DNA of 64,000 nucleotides from Bacteroidales bacterium (GTDB taxonomy: Bacteria; Bacteroidota; Bacteroidia; Bacteroidales; JAADJA01): assembly GCA_020438105.1 (NCBI GenBank), contig JAGQVE010000003.1:43123-107122 (forward strand). The letters are read 5' to 3'. This document shows positions 57,727-64,000 of this stretch, piece after piece. Within the stretch, counting starts at the first letter, position 1. The number at the start of each line of letters is the position of its first letter. Position numbers and translations under genes: made by a program. Below the pieces are notes generated by a model. That model was not told the origin of the DNA. It did not search any database and saw only the letters and a program-made list of their open reading frames with translations.

Positions 57727-59223
57727 TTATCTTGGCATATCAAAATACCTTGTTGAATTTCCTCCCCAACTTGAAGGAACTGTGCTTTCATCAATATTAA
57801 ATCCAGGATCTACGCGATCGTAAAGTACGTATTGCCAACGGTAATTGCTTAACTCTCCTGATACATCGGAGTGCAACAACATAAAATCGTTGGTAACAAG
57901 GTCTTTGGTGTAAAACACAAATCGTTTATTGCGTTGTCCGTTATCAAGCACATAGTAATGCCAAATTTCATAAGGATAAGCTGATGGCTCGTTGTAGCTT
58001 TCGCTAATTGCGTTAGGTGGGCCATATTGCAAATAAATTCTTCCCCTGTCGGTTTCATAACCTTTTTCAATTAAGGTTGAATAAGCCTGGTTCACCTTGT
58101 TTACTTCGTTTAAGTAATTTAACCATGCATGTTCCGGATCAAGAGCATCGCGCTCTTTCCAGAAGCGATAAAAGTATTTTTGAAGGGTTTCCAGATCAGC
58201 ATGGGTCATGTGAACCGCAGCGAAGTTTTTTTCCTGTTCATCAGATATGGGGGCCAGACTTCTTATATATTCCCGCAAAGTATCCTGGTCATTAATTTTT
58301 CCTGCAAAGGTATTTTGAGTTGCAATTGTCAAAAGGTCTTCCAATTTCAATTGAATTTTTGGATTGCTTCGCTGGAAAAAAATCTGACTTTTCGCGAATA
58401 ACCTGTTCTCACGATCCCTGGCTTCAACTGTAACAAAGTAGTTTCCTGATTTTAATTCTGAAATATCAAATTCATTAAACACCACATTTACTTCTGCTGC
58501 AGTTTCTTTTTTGTAGGAAACATATTTATCAATAGGAGCATTTGAATTGGCATCGTTAATATATGAATTGATAAGGTATTTTTCATTTTCGCCGAGTACC
58601 CTGTCAGTATTGTATAATTCTGTGTAAAAGATAATTTTAGTCATACCCTCAGGATAAAAATAGTCGGGATAGGGGATGATTTTATAACCACTTTTATTTA
58701 AAATTGAATTTTCCTGTGTTGATTCGTACGAATCGACTAACTGCACACCTGACATGGAAATTTTATCTTCCGGGAATTCAATAAGAATGGGTCGCAAAAT
58801 GGCAAATGGTTTTGATTCCGTGTTTTTATCCCAAATCTGAATTTCAAAGTTATATTCCCCATTTGGAAGCGAATATCTTTGCTGATCAATAAAGTTGAAT
58901 TTCAGGTCAAGCGTATCATCCAGTTCAGGGCTAAATAACTCATACTTGTCATAATTTACGATTTCGTCGTTTTTATGAAATAGTACCAATACCTGTATCG
59001 ACGCCTGGAATTTATTATTTGCATTCAATGCAAAGTCAAGTGAAGAACCGTCGACAGCAAGGTATGTTTCAACATATGGCCCACTTTCCGGTGAATAAAA
59101 TGTTGTATACCCTATAACGGCATTTGGTTGTTTAGCAAATAAAATAGCCGGAAACAGCATAAGGATGCTGATTGCAATAATGAATGACACGGCTAAAAGT
59201 CGGTTTAATATGGTTCGTTTCAT
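57727..59223 (-). CDS. GWxTD domain-containing secreted protein
   Basis: 498 aa with a signal peptide. The C-terminal signature is GYETDRGRIYLQYGPPN...PYEIWHY. Confidence 0.75.
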   Translation of the reverse strand: MKRTILNRLLAVSFIIAISILMLFPAILFAKQPNAVIGYTTFYSPESGPYVETYLAVDGSSLDFALNANNKFQASIQVLVLFHKNDEIVNYDKYELFSPELDDTLDLKFNFIDQQRYSLPNGEYNFEIQIWDKNTESKPFAILRPILIEFPEDKISMSGVQLVDSYESTQENSILNKSGYKIIPYPDYFYPEGMTKIIFYTELYNTDRVLGENEKYLINSYINDANSNAPIDKYVSYKKETAAEVNVVFNEFDISELKSGNYFVTVEARDRENRLFAKSQIFFQRSNPKIQLKLEDLLTIATQNTFAGKINDQDTLREYIRSLAPISDEQEKNFAAVHMTHADLETLQKYFYRFWKERDALDPEHAWLNYLNEVNKVNQAYSTLIEKGYETDRGRIYLQYGPPNAISESYNEPSAYPYEIWHYYVLDNGQRNKRFVFYTKDLVTNDFMLLHSDVSGELSNYRWQYVLYDRVDPGFNIDESTVPSSWGGNSTRYFDMPR

Positions 59224-59370
59224 GGTATTTTAATATATGTTGATGTACAACAAGCCTTGTTTAGTATCATAAGCAATTGAAAACAAATTTAGTTGAATAT
59301 TTTTAAAGTGTCAAGGTATAATCAGTTAGCGGTTTGAATTATCCAGTTAACGGTAGTTTATCATTTTAAA

Positions 59371-60504
59371 TCAATGGCTTATTTTTTCATGATAAATCAC
59401 GCCTCTTTCCTTAAGGCCGTTGAGCATAAATTTAACACATGCTTCATTTTTACCAATAAACTCAGGTGCGGATACACCTTTCTGGGTATAGAGTCCGTTT
59501 GCGACCATGCGCAGGGCCATGGTGGCTGTATAACCGGTCGTTCTGGCCATGGAATGCACTCCGGTTTGCACGTCGTATCTGTCAAACAAATCGTATTCAA
59601 ACCTTTTAACCGAATTTCCTGATTTTCCTTCAATGATTACTTTCATAACAGTAATGTCCTCTTCGCCTTCATTTAACTTCCATTTAGGAAACAAAAGCTT
59701 AGCGGTAAAATCAAGCGGCCTGATCTGAAGACCATTAATTTCAATTGAATCGGTACTGAAAAAACCTGTTTCACGAAGTACACGCATCAACTCAATATGA
59801 CCAGGATAACGTAAAGTTTTTTCAATCATATAGCTACCCTTGATGGTTTTAGCCAGTGTTCGTAATCCGTCGCTGTTGAACGCCTCCAGCGTTCCAATCC
59901 CGTCAAATTCCATTAATTCCGGTTCCGAAAGTGCAGGCATTACCACTTCTTTTCCATCTTTAATATAGCGGGCAGGGCGGGTATATTCCTCTATCACATC
60001 AACCGGCGAAAAAACAGCCTTATACTCATAAGGCCATTGCCTTATTTTAGGAAGACCCCCAACGTATGTTATTGCTTTATCAACGGTATCAAGTTTACCG
60101 GCAGCATATCCAATCAATACATTGCTCATGCCAGGCGCAACACCAATATCAGATATGGCGATAATCCCTTTATCTTTCGCCAGTTTATCCAACTCAAACA
60201 AGTCCTCGGGAAAAAATGCAATATCGATCACATTTTTGCCGCATTCGATGATTGTTTGCAGTGTTTTAAATCCCATGAATCCTGGAACTGCACTCAAAAC
60301 TATATCAAATGGTTCAATTAATTTCCTGAGCTTTTGCTCATCCCCTAAATCGGCCTGGATGGTATTAAGGTTTGCTATTTTATTAAATTTCTGAAGCACG
60401 TTCGGGTTAACGTCGGCAACCGCTACCTCCTTATCCTTATCCATGGAAAGATCGATCGCCATTGGGCCACCAACAAGACCACCACCTAAAACTATTATTT
60501 TCAT
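59371..60504 (-). CDS. Saccharopine dehydrogenase family NAD(P)-dependent oxidoreductase
   Basis: 377 aa with the Rossmann motif MKIIVLGGGLVGG. The overall layout resembles Sacchrp_dh N- and C-terminal domains. From memory. Confidence 0.6.
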   Translation of the reverse strand: MKIIVLGGGLVGGPMAIDLSMDKDKEVAVADVNPNVLQKFNKIANLNTIQADLGDEQKLRKLIEPFDIVLSAVPGFMGFKTLQTIIECGKNVIDIAFFPEDLFELDKLAKDKGIIAISDIGVAPGMSNVLIGYAAGKLDTVDKAITYVGGLPKIRQWPYEYKAVFSPVDVIEEYTRPARYIKDGKEVVMPALSEPELMEFDGIGTLEAFNSDGLRTLAKTIKGSYMIEKTLRYPGHIELMRVLRETGFFSTDSIEINGLQIRPLDFTAKLLFPKWKLNEGEEDITVMKVIIEGKSGNSVKRFEYDLFDRYDVQTGVHSMARTTGYTATMALRMVANGLYTQKGVSAPEFIGKNEACVKFMLNGLKERGVIYHEKISH

Positions 60505-60517
60505 TGATTAAAATGAT

Positions 60518-61411
60518 TTAAATTAATGATTTTCGCTTTTTTAACTGCGATAAAAATAGACCTGATATAACGATAATGATACCCATAATTTTTTGTGAAC
60601 CTACTTGCTCACCTATCACAAAATAGGAAAATATTCCGGTAAAAACCGGGATCAGGTTTGAAAATACATTGACTCTGGCAACACCGATCGAACGCATTGC
60701 AATTGTAAATAAAACAAATGCAAATGACGAGCATAAAATAGCAAGGCTGAAAAGTGAAAATATCATTTCCCCGTTGGGTTTCACCATCCTAAAATTATCC
60801 AGTTCAAACCAAAGGAACAAGGGTAAAAAATAGATCATCCCGATCAGGTTTTGCACGGCTATTAAAAAAAAGGGCTTATAATGATCACTTAATTTTTTCA
60901 GAGCTATGGAATAAAACACAGCACTCATTACAGCAAAAAGCAAGGCTCCAATCCCTTTCGGGTCAGCATCGAGCTTTAAACTTGAGTTGACCAACATAAT
61001 AATTATCCCCATGAACGAAACTATTAATCCAAGGATATTTAGCCTGCTCAATCTTTCTTTCAGTAAAAACCATGCTGCGATGGGTGCCACCAGAGGAATT
61101 GTGGCAATAATAACCGCACTTATTGTTGGTGAGGTATACATAACCCCGTAGTTTTCGCCGATGAAATAAAAAAAGGGATTAAATAAGGCTGACATAAAAA
61201 ATAATAAAAAGTGTTCTTTCTTTATTCTCTGAAATGCATTGCTAAGCCATAATATCAAAAACATAAAAGCACTCGAAATACCAAGCCTTAAAAAAATGAT
61301 GGTTATCGGGGTGTAATCTTTCAATAAGATGGCAGTCCAAACGAAAGACATTCCCCACAAAAGCATGGACACTACGGCCGCAACATAAGTATATGAGGTA
61401 GTTGTTTTCAA
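60518..61411 (-). CDS. EamA/DMT superfamily transporter
   Basis: 297 aa with about 10 TMs in two EamA-like halves. Confidence 0.8.
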   Translation of the reverse strand: MKTTTSYTYVAAVVSMLLWGMSFVWTAILLKDYTPITIIFLRLGISSAFMFLILWLSNAFQRIKKEHFLLFFMSALFNPFFYFIGENYGVMYTSPTISAVIIATIPLVAPIAAWFLLKERLSRLNILGLIVSFMGIIIMLVNSSLKLDADPKGIGALLFAVMSAVFYSIALKKLSDHYKPFFLIAVQNLIGMIYFLPLFLWFELDNFRMVKPNGEMIFSLFSLAILCSSFAFVLFTIAMRSIGVARVNVFSNLIPVFTGIFSYFVIGEQVGSQKIMGIIIVISGLFLSQLKKRKSLI

Positions 61412-61432
61412 AGAAACACCAATTTTAAATTA

Positions 61433-62206
61433 TCAGGACCTGCCTGATTCGTTCAGTAATTTTGTGCTGTGTTTGAGGGTTCGAAGGATGAGTGTGATTA
61501 TAATTGCAACTCCCAGGGCATAAGTACTAAACCGCAAGGGTTCAAATGTTCCTGTTTTAAAATAATATCGAAGATGATCGATGAAAGTATAACTCAGAAC
61601 AGTTGCCAGAAAACCTGAATATTCTCTTCGTAAAACAGTTATCAGCGAAAACGGTATTTTGCCTTTAATATAATTTTTTGAAGCAGGAATAAATGCCGGT
61701 ACCTTTAATGACCAATCCAGGTAATCATTGCCAAACTTACGCTCAAGGAATCTTTCTTCTGCAAACATGATCCGCTCGTAATAAAGCCAATACGCCAATG
61801 AAACAATCAGGATAAAATAAATATTGAAGGTGAAAACAACAATCCCGATCCACATCAGGTAGTTGCCCAGGTAGAGCGGATGCCGAACCATCGAATAAAT
61901 ACCTGTTTGATTTAAAACCTCGGCCACCTGCTGCTCTGTATTTCTTCCTGAAGTGCCTTTTGGTGTCGTTCCAATGGAAATTGCCCGAACTATAAATCCG
62001 AGAATGCTTATTGCAATGGCCAACCCTGTTAATATTTGGTAAGTATTCCGGTCCATCCAGTTAGTATCAGTAAAATACAAAACAGGAATAACCAAAATGA
62101 ATAAAACAACGGGAATTTGCCCGCGATACCTGAAAAGCGTATTTCCGCTTTTTTCAAATGAGTGTATTAATGCCATTCGATGGAATTCAATTTTTTTGTG
62201 AAACAA
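61433..62206 (-). CDS. Membrane methyltransferase, ICMT/PEMT-like family
   Basis: 257 aa, polytopic, with GIYSMVRHPLYLGNYLMWIGI typical of isoprenylcysteine carboxyl or phospholipid methyltransferases. Confidence 0.6.
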   Translation of the reverse strand: MFHKKIEFHRMALIHSFEKSGNTLFRYRGQIPVVLFILVIPVLYFTDTNWMDRNTYQILTGLAIAISILGFIVRAISIGTTPKGTSGRNTEQQVAEVLNQTGIYSMVRHPLYLGNYLMWIGIVVFTFNIYFILIVSLAYWLYYERIMFAEERFLERKFGNDYLDWSLKVPAFIPASKNYIKGKIPFSLITVLRREYSGFLATVLSYTFIDHLRYYFKTGTFEPLRFSTYALGVAIIITLILRTLKHSTKLLNESGRS

Positions 62207-62308
62207 AAATAGAAATTAAAGATAAAACGGATCAATAATATATGAACCATCCCCAAATTGAATTATAAATTTAGTTATTTTGTTTATCGCTATTAATTGG
62301 TTTAATGA

Positions 62309-63064
62309 ATGGAAAAGGAACGATTAAATATCCTCAATATACAGGTTGATAACATCACAAAAAGGGAGTTGCTCGAAAATTTTACCGAAGGTGTTTTAAT
62401 TACACCCAATGTTGATCATTTAATGAAACTTCAGCACGACAGGGAGTTTTATGAGATATACAACAAAGCCGACTATGTAACTGTGGATAGCCAAATCGTT
62501 AAAAAGGCGATGCAGTTTTTAGGATCGCCGGTCAAGGAGGTCATTACCGGATCGGGATTTCTACCTTCCTTTTATATGTATCATAAAAACAATCCAGAGG
62601 TAAAAATCTACCTTTTTGGAGCAGCCCCTGGCATAGCTGATATTGCCATGCAGAAGATAAATGAAAAAGTTGGGCGTGAAATTGTTGTTGGGGCTTATTC
62701 TCCAAGTTTCGGTTTTGAAAAAAATGAAGATGAATGCGAACGGATTGTTGATATGCTTAACAAATCTGATGCAAATGTTCTGGTTGTGGGTGTTGGTGCA
62801 CCAAAACAGGAAAAATGGATTTACAAATACAAAGACAAATTAAAAAATATTAAAATTTACCTTGCCATTGGGGCGACCATCGATTTTGAAGCCGAAAAAG
62901 TTAAACGTGCCCCGGTTATTATGCAAAAGCTTGCCATCGAATGGCTTTATCGTCTGGTAAAAGAACCAAAACGTTTGTGGAGAAGATACATCATTGAGGA
63001 TATGCCTTTTTTTGCACTGATAATTAAACAAAAACGGGGCAAATACCAGAACCCATTTGCCTGA
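62309..63064 (+). CDS. WecG/TagA/CpsF family glycosyltransferase
   Basis: 251 aa: TPNVDHLM...VDSQIV...LFGAAPG...VGVGAPKQEKWI. Confidence 0.85.
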   Translation: MEKERLNILNIQVDNITKRELLENFTEGVLITPNVDHLMKLQHDREFYEIYNKADYVTVDSQIVKKAMQFLGSPVKEVITGSGFLPSFYMYHKNNPEVKIYLFGAAPGIADIAMQKINEKVGREIVVGAYSPSFGFEKNEDECERIVDMLNKSDANVLVVGVGAPKQEKWIYKYKDKLKNIKIYLAIGATIDFEAEKVKRAPVIMQKLAIEWLYRLVKEPKRLWRRYIIEDMPFFALIIKQKRGKYQNPFA

Positions 63065-63230
63065 TCAGGCGAATATTATTCCCATTAAAACTTTTTGTAA
63101 CCCACAAGAAACAAGGGCGTATAAGCTGCACAATTATGTGTTAATGAGGTGATTTGTGATACCCTCATTCGTCACAAATGACCTAAGACCCAGGAATTAA
63201 TTTTATTTGAAACCTTAAAAACCCACTCTT

Positions 63231-64000
63231 ATGAAATCGAATTATGCATTGCTTAAAGCAGCAAGCCTGCTATTAATTTTCATTATTTATTCTGGAATTA
63301 ACCACGCGCAAACTGTTTCGGTAACTGACGATGAGTCATATTCGCCCGAGACCAGTGCTATGCTGGATGTAAAATCAACCGACAAAGGGATGTTGATTCC
63401 CCGTGTTTCAACCACCGAAAGAGATGCAATTAGCTCGCCAGCAGAAGGTTTGTTTGTTTATGATACCGATGAGAAATGCTTTTATTTCTACAACGGTACA
63501 GCCTGGGTTGATATGCCTACAAAAAATGCCCGGTCAACCGAAGATTCATTTACAATTTCAAAACAATTGGTATTTGAAGATGATGCAGTAGTTTGGGATG
63601 ATATGCGAGTACCTGTCACAGCTACGGCAAATTACGGAGCCAATCCGCCTATTCTTTATCCATTTGCCAATACGGGTGGAACCCAGGGAGTTTATTTGTG
63701 GTATTTTGGTCCGGATGATGATATGGAGTTGTTTTTTACAGTGCAACTACCGCATAAGTGGAAAGAAGGAACTGACCTGGAGCCACATGTTCACTGGACA
63801 CCGTATGTTTCGGGTGGATCAGGAAATATTGTTTGGGGCCTTGAATATACCTGGGCTAATGTTAACCAGGATTTCACAACCACAACAGTTACTACTGGAA
63901 CTGATGCTGTTCCATCAAGCTATACACATAGTATTTGTGATTTAGGTACGCTCGACGGAAGTGGAAGAGAGTTTTCGAGTATGCTGATTTGTCGTGTATT
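63231..64000 (+). CDS. Secreted hypothetical protein, 5' part only (runs off the right edge)
   Basis: By my own translation the frame is open from the ATG at 63231 to the window end. The signal is MKSNYALLKAASLLLIFIIYSGINHAQ. It contains GMLIPRVSTTERDAISSPAEGLFVYDTD, a motif I recall at the N-terminus of many Bacteroidota surface or fibre-like proteins. Confidence 0.6.
   Translation, partial: MKSNYALLKAASLLLIFIIYSGINHAQTVSVTDDESYSPETSAMLDVKSTDKGMLIPRVSTTERDAISSPAEGLFVYDTDEKCFYFYNGTAWVDMPTKNARSTEDSFTISKQLVFEDDAVVWDDMRVPVTATANYGANPPILYPFANTGGTQGVYLWYFGPDDDMELFFTVQLPHKWKEGTDLEPHVHWTPYVSGGSGNIVWGLEYTWANVNQDFTTTTVTTGTDAVPSSYTHSICDLGTLDGSGREFSSMLICRV

Noticed and set aside
63146-63184. Imperfect 14-nt inverted repeat (aggtgatttgtgat ... 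gtcacaaatgacct) between wecG-like and the last gene
   Set aside because: It contains an internal mismatch, has no adjacent T tract and no second copy. It could be an operator, but the evidence is too weak to report as a feature.
63403-63945. Two track ORFs (63403-63591 and 63598-63945, plus strand)
   Set aside because: They are in a different frame from a longer signal-peptide-bearing frame that is open from 63231 to the window end. That longer frame is the more plausible gene.

Overview
This is a chromosomal segment of a Bacteroidota bacterium. The phylum call rests on T9SS C-terminal sorting domains, TAnnTTTG-type -7 promoter boxes, starts without Shine-Dalgarno sequences, and the phylum-typical gene order on the minus strand: rpsU, xerC-like recombinase, hpf, tRNA-Thr/Tyr/Gly/Thr, tuf, tRNA-Trp, secE, nusG, rplK-rplA-rplJ-rplL, rpoB, rpoC, DUF3467.

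Around this core (16.0-31.2 kb) lie housekeeping and envelope genes:
- arfB and a DEAD-box helicase.
- Two S9 peptidases and a POT peptide transporter.
- An OstA-like protein and an AraC/GyrI regulator.
- pyrBI, sfsA, algH-like, trmH, and a TonB-dependent receptor.
- An MBOAT/AlgX-like O-acylation pair, a GWxTD protein, and wecG/tagA-like.

No CRISPR array, transposase, prophage or recognisable toxin-antitoxin or defence genes were seen.

The items most worth a second look:
1. At 34.7-39.8 kb, an AT-rich module: a secreted 61-aa Gly/Cys peptide, a membrane-anchored periplasmic TPR-CHAT (caspase-like) protease, and a convergent ECF-type sigma/TPR anti-sigma operon. A sensor-less histidine kinase sits next to it. 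A 12-nt motif is shared upstream of the sigma and kinase genes.
2. A 2.2-kb AT-rich single-gene insert (BNR/T9SS protein) is bracketed by perfect 35-bp direct repeats. One of the repeats is a relic copy of the neighbouring gene's 3' end.
3. A 12-unit heptanucleotide self-complementary repeat lies upstream of the helicase.
4. A PP-loop/Zn-motif protein is translationally coupled to a MurD paralog outside the dcw cluster, which looks like a MurL/MurD2-type pair.

All family calls come from reading motifs by eye. No searches were run.
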